The position numbers were made by a program, and so were the translations under genes. A stretch of DNA of 64,000 nucleotides, from positions 134,278-198,277 of the forward strand of contig JAKLFC010000005.1 in assembly GCA_022711405.1 (NCBI GenBank). Reading direction: 5' to 3'. The DNA is from Bacteroidota bacterium. Lineage in GTDB: Bacteria; Bacteroidota; Bacteroidia; Bacteroidales; JAGONC01. This document shows, one piece after another, positions 8,831 through 18,043 of the stretch. The notes beneath the pieces are model-generated. The model ran no database searches, was not told the origin of the DNA, and saw only the letters and a program-made list of their open reading frames with translations. The stretch's first letter is position 1. Each line of letters opens with the position of its first letter.

Positions 8831-9374
8831 CAGCCGGTGGACCCTGTTCCTTGACAGGGACGGGATCATTAACCGTCTCAGGGTGAATGATTATGTGAAA
8901 AACTGGGATGAGTTTGAATTCCTGCCGGGTGTGCCGGAATCCTTTCCGGTCCTGAACCGGATCTTTGGAAGGCTGATCATTGTGACCAACCAGCAGGGGA
9001 TCGGTAAAGGGATCATGGAGCCGGGCTTGGTGGAAGAGGTTCATCGCCGGATGCTGGAAGCTATCCGGCAAAAGGGAGGGGATATTCAGGGGATCTATTA
9101 CTGTCCTGCCCTGGAAAAAGATCGCGATCCCTGCCGGAAACCCGGTACAGGAATGGCTCACCAGGCCCGCAGGGATTTCCCGCAGATCGAGTTTTCCAGA
9201 TCGGTGATGGCCGGCGACTCGGCAGGTGATATGGAGTTTGGCCGGCGCCTGGGGATGGTCAACGTACTGATCACCGCAGAGCCGCACAAAAAGAACCTGA
9301 AAGAAGTTCCATACGACTTCCAATTTTGCGATCTGCCTGCTTTTACTGCCGAGTTGAAAAAATGCTACCTTTGA
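8805..9374 (+). CDS. gmhB: D,D-heptose 1,7-bisphosphate phosphatase (HAD-IIIA)
   Basis: The HAD motif I LFLDRDGIIN, then VTNQQGIGKG, then CRKPGTGM are present. Confidence 0.8.
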   Translation: MSLKDLNIDSRWTLFLDRDGIINRLRVNDYVKNWDEFEFLPGVPESFPVLNRIFGRLIIVTNQQGIGKGIMEPGLVEEVHRRMLEAIRQKGGDIQGIYYCPALEKDRDPCRKPGTGMAHQARRDFPQIEFSRSVMAGDSAGDMEFGRRLGMVNVLITAEPHKKNLKEVPYDFQFCDLPAFTAELKKCYL

Positions 9375-9411
9375 CCCGGGATCCATTGAACTGTAATCTC
9401 CCCGCTGCGGC

Positions 9412-10878
9412 TTGAAACCTGTTGTCATACTGCTGATATTCCTGGCCTATACGGCCCTGTTGTTCTTTGTCACCTGGCTCACCGCAAGGCGTGCCACCAA
9501 CCGTGCCTTCTACATTGGGAACAAGGAATCACCCTGGATCGTAGTCGCCTACGGTATGATCGGAGCTTCCCTGTCGGGAGTGACATTCATGTCGATCCCC
9601 GGCTGGGTGGGGGATACGCAGTTATCTTACATGATGGTGGTGTTCGGATACCTCATCGGCTATTTTGTCATCGCCACGGTGCTGCTGCCCCTCTATTACA
9701 GGCTCAACCTGACCTCCATCTATGCATACCTTGAAAAACGTTTCGGTTTCTGGTCGTACAAGACCGGCGCTTTTTATTTCATGTTGTCGCGGACGATTGG
9801 CGCCTCTTTTCGTATGTTTCTGGTTGTTAATGTGTTGCAGATATTTGTATTTGATACCTGGGGCATTCCTTTCATCGTGACCACCTCCATCTTTATCCTG
9901 CTCATTCTTTTATATACGTTCAAGGGAGGTATAAAGACCATCATCTGGACGGATACGGTACAGACGACGTTCATGCTCCTGGCTTTGATCGTTTCCATTT
10001 ACCTGATCATGAAGAACATGAACCTGGATTTGGGAAGCATGATCAAGACAGTAGCCAACAGTGACTATAGCCGGATGATCTTCGGGGACTGGCACGACCG
10101 CCGCAATTTCATCAAGCAGTTCCTCAGCGGGATCTTCATAGCCATTGCCATGACGGGTCTCGACCAGGAAATGATGCAGAAGAACCTCAGCTGCCGTTCA
10201 CTGAAGGAGGCTCAGAAAAATATGTTCTCCTTCAGTTTTTCGGTAGTCTTCATCAACCTCATCTTCTTAACGCTGGGAGCTTCTCTTTACCTGTTTGCCA
10301 CCTACAAGGGGATATCACTGCCGGTGCGTTCCGATGATCTGTTCCCTGTCATTGCCATTCAACACCTTGGCCCGCTGGCTGGTCTGGTGTTTATCATCGG
10401 GCTGATCTCTGCCGCGTATCCCAGTGCCGACGGAGCGCTGACATCGCTGACTACTTCGTTCAGCATTGATATCCTGGGATTGCCAGGGAACCATCGGTTG
10501 TCAGAGAAACAAAAAGAGAACATACGGTACCGGGTCCATTTCTGTTTTGCCCTTCTGTTGCTGATGGTCATTGTGGTTTTCAGGGCGATCAACGACCGGG
10601 CCGTGATCGACAAGCTCTTCACCATTGCGGGATACACCTATGGGCCACTGCTGGGCCTTTTTGCCTTTGGACTGTTCACACGGTTTTCGGTCAGGGATCG
10701 CTGGGTTCCGTGGATCGCCCTGGCATCGCCGGTCATCTGTTATGTACTGAGCACTCATTCTGAGGAGTGGTTCAGTGGGTATAAATTTGGTTTTGAGCTA
10801 CTTATCCTCAACGGGCTGATCACTTTTGGTGGTTTATTTCTTGTTAATAAAGGCAAAAGACCGGCAGAACAATCCTGA
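9412..10878 (+). CDS. Sodium:solute symporter family (SSF) transporter
   Basis: 488 aa with about 13 hydrophobic segments. The N-terminal region RRATNRAFYIGNKESPWIVVAYGMIGASLSGVTF is typical of SSF. The apparent start is TTG, with no nearby in-frame ATG. Confidence 0.7.
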   Translation: MKPVVILLIFLAYTALLFFVTWLTARRATNRAFYIGNKESPWIVVAYGMIGASLSGVTFMSIPGWVGDTQLSYMMVVFGYLIGYFVIATVLLPLYYRLNLTSIYAYLEKRFGFWSYKTGAFYFMLSRTIGASFRMFLVVNVLQIFVFDTWGIPFIVTTSIFILLILLYTFKGGIKTIIWTDTVQTTFMLLALIVSIYLIMKNMNLDLGSMIKTVANSDYSRMIFGDWHDRRNFIKQFLSGIFIAIAMTGLDQEMMQKNLSCRSLKEAQKNMFSFSFSVVFINLIFLTLGASLYLFATYKGISLPVRSDDLFPVIAIQHLGPLAGLVFIIGLISAAYPSADGALTSLTTSFSIDILGLPGNHRLSEKQKENIRYRVHFCFALLLLMVIVVFRAINDRAVIDKLFTIAGYTYGPLLGLFAFGLFTRFSVRDRWVPWIALASPVICYVLSTHSEEWFSGYKFGFELLILNGLITFGGLFLVNKGKRPAEQS

Positions 10879-10907
10879 TCTTTTGGATATATCTTTACCG
10901 GGAAAAT

Positions 10908-10978
10908 GACCCCTCTCCTTGCCCCTCCCCTTGGTCCCCGCGTAAGCGGGGATTAGGGGAGGGATTGGGGAGAGGTAC
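10908..10978. repeat. GC-rich compound palindrome, copy 1
   Basis: The sequence reads gacccctctcc-ttgc-ccctcccc-ttgg-tccccgcgtaagcgggga-tt-aggggaggg-attg-gggagaggtac. Nested arms surround an inner GNRA-loop hairpin. It is related to 33887, 38757 and 21019/21187. Confidence 0.75.
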
Positions 10979-10991
10979 TAAAAACCATCCC

Positions 10992-13181
10992 ATGAGCAAT
11001 TCCCGTTTTACAGCGTTGGACTATATTCTGAAAAGGGAGCGTCAGACCTTTTCGTTCCCTGAAGGCAAGATATCCGATTTTTTTGCCGAGATGACCTTCA
11101 ATGATGCGGCCATGCGTGATTTCCTGACCCAGGAAGCGTATTCGGCGGTCAGGGAGGCCATGGAAAGCGGCAAGAAGATCGACCGCCGGATGGCGGATCA
11201 GATCGCTGCGGGCTTGAAGGCATGGGCGATGAGCAAGGGAGCCACGCATTACACGCACTGGTTCCATCCCCTGACAGGGGGAACAGCCGAAAAGCACGAT
11301 GCCTTTGTCATTCCGGTTGCAGATGGTAAGGCCCTTGAAAATTTCAGGGGAACGGAGCTGGTCCAGCAGGAGCCGGACGCATCGAGCTTTCCAAGCGGCG
11401 GCATCCGCAACACGTTTGAGGCGCGTGGTTACACTGCCTGGGATCCCTCTTCCCCGGCCTTTCTGATGGACAGAACCCTATGCCTTCCCACTATTTTTGT
11501 GTCCTACACCGGTGAGGCCCTGGATTACAAGACACCTCTGCTGAAAGCACTTGCGGCTCTGGACAAAGCCGCCACCCAGGTATGTCATTATTTCGACAGG
11601 GGAGTGACAAAGGTATCTGCCACCCTGGGTTGGGAACAGGAGTATTTCCTGGTGGATACCGCCCTTTACCAGGCGCGGCCCGACCTGATGCTGACCGGGA
11701 GGACCCTGTTCGGCCACGCTGCGGCAAAGGATCAGCAGCTGGAAGATCATTATTTCGGTACCATTCATGAGCGGGTGATGGATTTCATGAAGGATTTTGA
11801 GCACGAGGCCTACCGGCTGGGCATCCCCATCAAAACCCGCCACAATGAGGTTGCTCCGGGGCAGTTCGAATGTGCCCCTGTGTACCAGGAGGTCAATGTA
11901 GCGGTCGACTCCAACCAGCTGCTGATGCCTCTGATGGAAAGGATCGCCAAACGCCATCACCTTACGGTACTGCTTCATGAAAAACCCTATAAAGGCGTCA
12001 ATGGCTCAGGGAAGCATAACAACTGGTCGATGATGACCGACCGGGGAGAGAACCTGCTGACACCTGGCAGGACAGCCTCCACCAATCTTCGTTTTCTTGT
12101 CTTTCTTGTCAATATTCTCAAGGCGGTTGACGAACATGCCGGTCTTCTCAGGGCCTGTATCGCTTCGGCTTCCAACGACCTCCGGCTGGGGGCACACGAA
12201 GCTCCCCCGGCCATTATCTCGGTGTTCCTTGGCTCTCAGCTCACAAAAACCCTGGACGAAATTGAGCACAGGCACAAAAAAGGAGTGGTCAGGGCGGGCA
12301 ACGACTATGAACTGCCGCTCGACATTCCCAAGATCCCTGAGATACTGCCCGATAACACCGACCGGAACCGGACCTCCCCGTTCGCATTCACCGGTAACAA
12401 GTTCGAGTTCCGGGCCGTTGGATCATCGGCCAGCTGCGCCCATCCCATGATCATACTGAACACGATCGTGGCCGACCGGCTTACGAAATTCAGTGAGGAA
12501 GTGGATGAGCTGGTGCGTGGCCATGTGAAAAAGGGGGATGCCATTTTTCAGGTGCTCAAGCGCTACATCACGGAGTCAAAGCGAATCCGGTTTGAGGGAA
12601 ACAGTTACAGCGAGGCATGGGTGGAGGAGGCATCAAAACGGGGACTGCCTAACATCCTTTCGACACCCCGGGCGTTGGAAGCTATGATCACACCAGCGTC
12701 CATATCCCTGCTGGAGCGCAACCATGTGCTGACCGAACGTGAATCCAGGGCTCGGCATGAGATCTACCTGGAAAACTACACCAAAAAGATCCAGATCGAG
12801 GGCAGGGTTCTCGGCGATCTTGCACGGAACCACATCATTCCGGTTGCCATCAAGTACCAGAATATTCTGATCGAGAACGTGAAAGGACTCAAGGAAGTCC
12901 TTGACATGGAGTCGTACGAAGCAGCTTCTGCCTTCCAGGTGAAACTGATCCGGGAGATATCACACCATATCGAGCAAATCCAGGAACAGGTGGACATCAT
13001 GATCGGGCAACGCAAGGTCGCCAACAGGATCGAGGGTGCCGAAGAAAAGGCGCTGGCCTACCACCAGAACGTGTTACCCTGTTTCGATATTATCCGCAGG
13101 CACGTGGATAAGCTTGAATTAAAGGTAGATGATGAACTCTGGCCATTGCCCAAATACAGGGAGTTATTGTTCCTGCGCTAA
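10992..13181 (+). CDS. glnN: Type III glutamine synthetase (GSIII, ~730 aa)
   Basis: The length and the N-terminal region FAEMTFNDAAMRDFL...ATHYTHWFHPLTGGTAEKHDAF are characteristic of GSIII. I chose ATG 10992 because the ORF-track start at 10965 lies inside the palindromic repeat. Confidence 0.85.
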   Translation: MSNSRFTALDYILKRERQTFSFPEGKISDFFAEMTFNDAAMRDFLTQEAYSAVREAMESGKKIDRRMADQIAAGLKAWAMSKGATHYTHWFHPLTGGTAEKHDAFVIPVADGKALENFRGTELVQQEPDASSFPSGGIRNTFEARGYTAWDPSSPAFLMDRTLCLPTIFVSYTGEALDYKTPLLKALAALDKAATQVCHYFDRGVTKVSATLGWEQEYFLVDTALYQARPDLMLTGRTLFGHAAAKDQQLEDHYFGTIHERVMDFMKDFEHEAYRLGIPIKTRHNEVAPGQFECAPVYQEVNVAVDSNQLLMPLMERIAKRHHLTVLLHEKPYKGVNGSGKHNNWSMMTDRGENLLTPGRTASTNLRFLVFLVNILKAVDEHAGLLRACIASASNDLRLGAHEAPPAIISVFLGSQLTKTLDEIEHRHKKGVVRAGNDYELPLDIPKIPEILPDNTDRNRTSPFAFTGNKFEFRAVGSSASCAHPMIILNTIVADRLTKFSEEVDELVRGHVKKGDAIFQVLKRYITESKRIRFEGNSYSEAWVEEASKRGLPNILSTPRALEAMITPASISLLERNHVLTERESRARHEIYLENYTKKIQIEGRVLGDLARNHIIPVAIKYQNILIENVKGLKEVLDMESYEAASAFQVKLIREISHHIEQIQEQVDIMIGQRKVANRIEGAEEKALAYHQNVLPCFDIIRRHVDKLELKVDDELWPLPKYRELLFLR

Positions 13182-13195
13182 CAGGAAACGTCACA

Positions 13196-14479
13196 TTACA
13201 TTTTCAGCAGGGTAGGCTTGAGAGTGATCATCAGGTACGCCCAGTGCGAGAAATCCTTCGCGTGTCCGCCGATATCATTGATGACCGCCATTGTTTCGGT
13301 GGGCTTCATGAAGGAATATCCCAGGTCACAGCTCAGGAATTCGTTGACCGTCCACCGGTAAAGAAAATCCACTTCTGACCCCAGCGGCTTATCCGGATCG
13401 GCTTTGACGTTCTGTGCCAGTGAGAAATAATGATAATCCAGCTGGAGGTTGTGTTTCTCAGCGATTTTGAGCCTGGTATTCAGATAGATGTCCATCAATC
13501 CACCATTGTCGGTACTTTTGGGTATATTGGTGAAGATATCCATCAGGCCGTAATAGCTGTGCCTCATCCCATAGAACAAATCGAACAGATGGTCTTTATC
13601 CACGTAAGATCCTGTCTCATTCCAGCTGTCCTGTCCTGAAATATAATCAATACCGGGTCCCACGGTAAATTTATCGAACGTATAGGCCCCCACCACGGAG
13701 AAACAGTAAGCCTGAACCGGTTTTCCGGTTTTATTGGTGCCATTCTGATAATATACCGTGCCTCTAAGTTTCAGGTCATTCTTCTTATAATCGAGATTTA
13801 CTCCATACGTGCCTCTGGTATAGATAATACGGTAGTTATTGGCTTTGGTATAACCTATTGCCGCAGCCATCACGGATACGTTCAACGTCTTATCCAGCAA
13901 CGGTTTGTGAAAATGTAAAAAGCCGATCATCTTGATTTTGTCGGAAGTGTATTGTTCATTGAAATAACTCTTATCCAATGAATTGTTCCAGGATCCTCCC
14001 AGATCAAGATCCCATTTCTTTTCCCTGTCATATTTCAATACCACCGCATCATAGGTCAGGGCAGCCTGGCCCCAGTTGCGGGTGGAGAAGAGCCGCTCAT
14101 CGTCGTAAGCAAGGAACTGTCTCCCGGCCCTTACCGTAAGGGAAGGTGTGATGTACAGGTCCAGCCATCCTTCCGACAGGTTAAGGGAAGCAGTATTCCC
14201 TGCAGTTCCAGTGGAGGTGAACACATCATCGCTGCCCCACACACGTGCATCCTGGATGCACACACCAATTCCGAACACCTTGTGAGTATAAACCGCTTTG
14301 AGCCGTGTACGCTGAGAAATGATGTAGATGGGATCGGTGGTATCATTGGCCAGGTTCCCGTAACCATTCCGCATCTCAAACCGTGGACGCAGTTCTGCCG
14401 ACAGGGTGAGCTGCCCGAACACCTGGTTGCCGGATAAAAGCAGCAAACAAATACCCGTTAGCAAGTAGATTTTTCTCAT
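13196..14479 (-). CDS. Outer-membrane beta-barrel porin (alginate-export-like family), last gene of the pst operon
   Basis: It has a signal peptide, alternating beta-strand pattern and a C-terminal aromatic residue region. The N-terminus LSAELRPRFEMRNGYG resembles the Alginate_exp porin family. It lies 40 nt downstream of pstB on the same strand. Confidence 0.55.
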   Translation of the reverse strand: MRKIYLLTGICLLLLSGNQVFGQLTLSAELRPRFEMRNGYGNLANDTTDPIYIISQRTRLKAVYTHKVFGIGVCIQDARVWGSDDVFTSTGTAGNTASLNLSEGWLDLYITPSLTVRAGRQFLAYDDERLFSTRNWGQAALTYDAVVLKYDREKKWDLDLGGSWNNSLDKSYFNEQYTSDKIKMIGFLHFHKPLLDKTLNVSVMAAAIGYTKANNYRIIYTRGTYGVNLDYKKNDLKLRGTVYYQNGTNKTGKPVQAYCFSVVGAYTFDKFTVGPGIDYISGQDSWNETGSYVDKDHLFDLFYGMRHSYYGLMDIFTNIPKSTDNGGLMDIYLNTRLKIAEKHNLQLDYHYFSLAQNVKADPDKPLGSEVDFLYRWTVNEFLSCDLGYSFMKPTETMAVINDIGGHAKDFSHWAYLMITLKPTLLKM

Positions 14480-14480
14480 A

Positions 14481-14520
14481 ATCTTTGATTTTTAGTCTTT
14501 GATCTTTGATTTTTTAATTT
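14481..14520. repeat. Simple-sequence spacer (CAAAGAT words on the minus, coding strand) between pstB and the porin gene
   Basis: The minus strand reads aaattaaaaaatcaaagatcaaagactaaaaatcaaagatt immediately before the porin ATG. The same CAAAGAT word array occurs at 58032-58067. Confidence 0.6.
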
Positions 14521-15281
14521 TAGTACAGTCCTCCCTTCAGATAGGCTTTGGTCTTCTCTTCCTGTGGATTGTTCAGGACTTCATCGGCGGGTCCCTGTTC
14601 GATGACTTCTCCCAGGTACATGAAGACAATGTTGTCGGCGATGCGTTTGGCCTGTCTCAGGATATGGGTTACTACGACAATGGTATAATGTTCTTTCAGT
14701 TCGACGAATTTTTGTTCGATGATCTGTGAGGAAAGTGGATCGAGTGCGGAGGTTGGCTCGTCGGCCAGGATGATCTGCGGATCGACGGCCAGGCCCCTTG
14801 CCAGGCAGAGGCGCTGCTGCTGGCCGATGGACAGGGTGGATGCCGGGTCTTTGAGTCTGTCTTTGACCTCGTCCCAGAGGCCTACCATTTGCAGGTAACG
14901 TTCCACTCGCTTATCAATTCCTTTACGTCTTTTCCTGCCGCTGATCCGAAGTCCGTAGGCCACATTTTTCTGAATGTTCATGGGCAGGGGATAAGGACGC
15001 TGGGAGAGAAGTCCCATTTTTTGTCTTATCATAGTGATGTCTTCAATGGGGTGAAAGACATCCTCGCCGTCGATCAGGATCATCCCGGTGACTTTCATCT
15101 CCGGATACAGATCGGTCAGGCGGTTGAGGCTCTTCAGAAGCGTTGTTTTACCGCACCCGGAAGGTCCCATGATCACCGTGATCTTGTTGGAAGGGATGCT
15201 CACGTTGATATCTTTCAGGATATGCTGCTTCCCGATGTACAGGTTCAGGTTTTTCACTTCTATCTTGGTATCCTGCTGCAT
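14520..15281 (-). CDS. pstB: Phosphate ABC transporter ATP-binding protein
   Basis: Walker A GPSGCGKTT, the ABC signature LSIGQQQR and Walker B ILADEPTSALD are present. PstB-typical length of 253 aa. Confidence 0.9.
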   Translation of the reverse strand: MQQDTKIEVKNLNLYIGKQHILKDINVSIPSNKITVIMGPSGCGKTTLLKSLNRLTDLYPEMKVTGMILIDGEDVFHPIEDITMIRQKMGLLSQRPYPLPMNIQKNVAYGLRISGRKRRKGIDKRVERYLQMVGLWDEVKDRLKDPASTLSIGQQQRLCLARGLAVDPQIILADEPTSALDPLSSQIIEQKFVELKEHYTIVVVTHILRQAKRIADNIVFMYLGEVIEQGPADEVLNNPQEEKTKAYLKGGLY

Positions 15282-15282
15282 A

Positions 15283-16143
15283 TCATTTGATTTGATTTTT
15301 CTGAAATTTCCTGGCGAAAATCCGTGATAGAATACTGATGATCAATATGATAAAGACAAGGATCGCAGCGGAAGCATAGGCGCGGTTCTGTACCTCCCTG
15401 ATGGGTACGGAGAGCTGGAAAAAGATAGCAAGAGGAAGAGTAGCCGTGGGCTGCGTCAGGGAGGTGGGCATGTGATCAGTATATCCCGTTGTGAAAAGGA
15501 CTGATGCTGCGTCGCCGATAGCACGGCCGAAGGAGAGCAGGATGGCGGTGACGATACCGGGGATGGTTTGCCGGAAAAAGATCCGGTAGGCTGTTTCTGA
15601 TTTGGTGGAACCCAGGGAGTAAGAAGCTTCCAGCAGGCCGATGGGGATGGTTTTGATCACCTCGTCCATGGCACGGACCATGATGGGCAGTATGAACAGG
15701 GTGACGGTGATGATACCTGCCAGAAGGGAGGTTTTCAGTCCGAGGTAGATCATGAGGGTGAAGCCGAAGGCTCCGTAGACGATGGAGGGGATCCCCCAGA
15801 GCAGGTCAAGGAAAAAGCGGATGGCGTTGACCAGCCGTTTCTTTGACACGATGTTGATGTTAAGGAACAGTGCCAGGGGGAGGCCGATGGCAAGGGACAG
15901 GAGGGTGGAGCCCCCGGCCAGGTAGATCGAGCCGACGATTGCATTGAGAATACCCCCTTCCTTCCCGAAATAGAATCCTCCTTTGGGCGTCTGAGAGACC
16001 ATGTCCCATGACAGCGAAGGAAGTCCTTTGTAGAAGATGCTGAAGATGATCAGGAAAAGCGTGGCGGCAATGATCATGGATGAAAGGAACATGATCACCC
16101 GGAAGAAGACCTCCTCTGCTTTTATGAGTGTTTGTCGCTTCAT
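15283..16143 (-). CDS. pstA: Phosphate ABC transporter permease PstA
   Basis: Six-TM permease with an EAA-type loop (EASYSLGSTKSETAYRIFFRQ). Position is between pstC and pstB. Confidence 0.85.
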   Translation of the reverse strand: MKRQTLIKAEEVFFRVIMFLSSMIIAATLFLIIFSIFYKGLPSLSWDMVSQTPKGGFYFGKEGGILNAIVGSIYLAGGSTLLSLAIGLPLALFLNINIVSKKRLVNAIRFFLDLLWGIPSIVYGAFGFTLMIYLGLKTSLLAGIITVTLFILPIMVRAMDEVIKTIPIGLLEASYSLGSTKSETAYRIFFRQTIPGIVTAILLSFGRAIGDAASVLFTTGYTDHMPTSLTQPTATLPLAIFFQLSVPIREVQNRAYASAAILVFIILIISILSRIFARKFQKNQIK

Positions 16144-16144
16144 A

Positions 16145-17044
16145 TTATCGATATCGTTCGGTTCTGATGATCAGTATCCTGGATGCGAGGTTGAACAGCA
16201 ACACCACGATAAGCAGAACAAAAGCGGCCAGCATGAGCGCCGAGTCGTACAGAGGTATCGACAGCATCTCTCCGTAGTTGTTGGCAATCAGTGCGGGCAG
16301 GGGGTATCCGGGTTCAAACACTCCTCCCGGGATCTTGGATACATTGCCCACCACCATCAAAACGGCAATGGTTTCGCCAAAGGAACGGCTCAGGCCCAGA
16401 CCAAACGCTGAGATGATCCCAGGGAAAGCTTTCCGGATGTGCACGAGTTTTATGGTCTGCCACTTGCTTGCGCCCACCGATAAGGATGCTTCCGTCAGCT
16501 CGATCGGGATGGTTTTGAATACCTCAATGAGGATATTCAGGACGAAGGGGATGATCATGACCGCGAGCACCACACCGCCGGCCAGGATGCTGTAGCCTGA
16601 TGTATCGGTGTGGAAAAGGGGAGCAATATGGTTGGAGATCAGCGGTACGATGACGAGGGTTCCCCAGACGCCATAGATCACCGATGGAATTCCTGCCAGG
16701 ATGTCGATCACCGGATGCATGATCTTTAGTACCCAGTTGTCGGCATACTGTGTCAGGTGAATGGCTGTCAGCAGGCAGATGGGACCGGCAATGATCAGGG
16801 AAAGGACCGTTACCCAGAGGGAGCTGACAATGAACGGGAAAAAGCCGAATTTCCCTGAGAGCGGTCTCCATTCCGATGAAAACAGCAATTCCCATAGCGA
16901 AACATCCTGGAGGATAAGTCGGGATTTGAGGAACAGACCGATACCGATGACAAAGGGCAATATGATCACTAATACCAGAGCGACCCGCATCCAGGATTCG
17001 TGAAGCTGGTTTCTGAACTGGCGTGTTATGGATAGCCCTCTCAC
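16145..17044 (-). CDS. pstC: Phosphate ABC transporter permease PstC
   Basis: Six-TM permease with EAA loop (EASLSVGASKWQTIKLVHIRKAFPG). It is the first permease after pstS. Confidence 0.85.
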   Translation of the reverse strand: MRGLSITRQFRNQLHESWMRVALVLVIILPFVIGIGLFLKSRLILQDVSLWELLFSSEWRPLSGKFGFFPFIVSSLWVTVLSLIIAGPICLLTAIHLTQYADNWVLKIMHPVIDILAGIPSVIYGVWGTLVIVPLISNHIAPLFHTDTSGYSILAGGVVLAVMIIPFVLNILIEVFKTIPIELTEASLSVGASKWQTIKLVHIRKAFPGIISAFGLGLSRSFGETIAVLMVVGNVSKIPGGVFEPGYPLPALIANNYGEMLSIPLYDSALMLAAFVLLIVVLLFNLASRILIIRTERYR

Positions 17045-17056
17045 AGAATGTACCCG

Positions 17057-18043
17057 TTATAGTTTGGCGAGTTCCGACTGTATCTTTTCACCCGACAGTT
17101 CCACATAGCCTGATTCGTTCACAATCTTCTGTCCATCGGTGAGGATCCATTTTAAGAAGGCGACAGCGGCCTCATTGGCTGGTTTTCCTTTGGAAACAAA
17201 GTACAGGTCCCTGGCGGGAGGCGAAGGATAAAGATTGTTCTTAATGGCAGTGATGATGTCATCCTGGGTTTCATAGAAATTCTCCTCAGGATCAATGATC
17301 TCGTTGGCATTCAGATCGATGGGTACGACCTCCAATCCCTCATATTTTTTCCGGGTTGACATATCATATGCATAGTTAATATTGTTGAATCCGATGCCCA
17401 CGGGGTCATTTTTGATGGCTTCTGCCATTCCCGGATCGCCATAGACGCCCACACCGTTCAGGCTTTCCTGGTCTTTACCAAGGTACTCTCCCCACATCTG
17501 AGCTGCCCCGCAGGCGTCAGATCGTGTGTAAACGTTGATTTTCCTGCCTCCTGTCGGGAAATCCGGGTAGATATCCCAGCTCTGCAATTCTTGTGTGAGG
17601 TAGATCTTCATGAATTGTTCACGTGACAGTCCCCTGGTTTTAACGGCCTGGATCACAGGATTACCGGCGTTGATAGTAGGTACCACGGCGTCCTTCACCA
17701 CAGCGATGTACCAGGCGCCCTTATCGATCTCGGCCTGGGTGACACCGCGGGAGAACATCCCCAGGTCGACCATGCCCGAGAGGGCATCGGTCATACCCTT
17801 GCCGGCACCACCGGCGGATATGTCGATACGTACCTTAGGATTCAGGTTCATGAACATTTCAGCCCATTTCACCGTCATAGGATACAGGGCAAAAGCACCT
17901 GAAATTGAAATAGTGCCTTTCAGCTTGCTTTTGGCACCTTCTTCCTGTGTTTTTTCCTGACGCGGCTGGCAACCCGGGAAGAATAGCATGATGCACGCTA
18001 ATCCCAGGCAACAGGCAGGGGATAAGATCTTTTTTGTTTTCAT
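17057..18043 (-). CDS. pstS: Phosphate-binding lipoprotein PstS (PBP-like-2)
   Basis: Lipobox LFFPGC, then SISGAFALYP and ISAGGAGKGMTD...DLGMFSRG, which are typical of PstS-family binding proteins. Confidence 0.8.
   Translation of the reverse strand: MKTKKILSPACCLGLACIMLFFPGCQPRQEKTQEEGAKSKLKGTISISGAFALYPMTVKWAEMFMNLNPKVRIDISAGGAGKGMTDALSGMVDLGMFSRGVTQAEIDKGAWYIAVVKDAVVPTINAGNPVIQAVKTRGLSREQFMKIYLTQELQSWDIYPDFPTGGRKINVYTRSDACGAAQMWGEYLGKDQESLNGVGVYGDPGMAEAIKNDPVGIGFNNINYAYDMSTRKKYEGLEVVPIDLNANEIIDPEENFYETQDDIITAIKNNLYPSPPARDLYFVSKGKPANEAAVAFLKWILTDGQKIVNESGYVELSGEKIQSELAKL

Noticed and set aside
8811-9428. 205-aa minus-strand ORF covering the whole of gmhB
   Set aside because: It is antisense to a gene with clear HAD phosphatase motifs. 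Its own translation is low-complexity and Pro/Arg/Gln/His-rich with no motif. It is a typical stop-poor antisense frame of a codon-biased gene.
10965-10991. N-terminal extension of the glutamine synthetase ORF (ORF-track start 10965)
   Set aside because: The extra codons are the G-rich right arm of the palindromic repeat (GGGAGAGGTAC...). ATG 10992 gives a conventional GSIII N-terminus.
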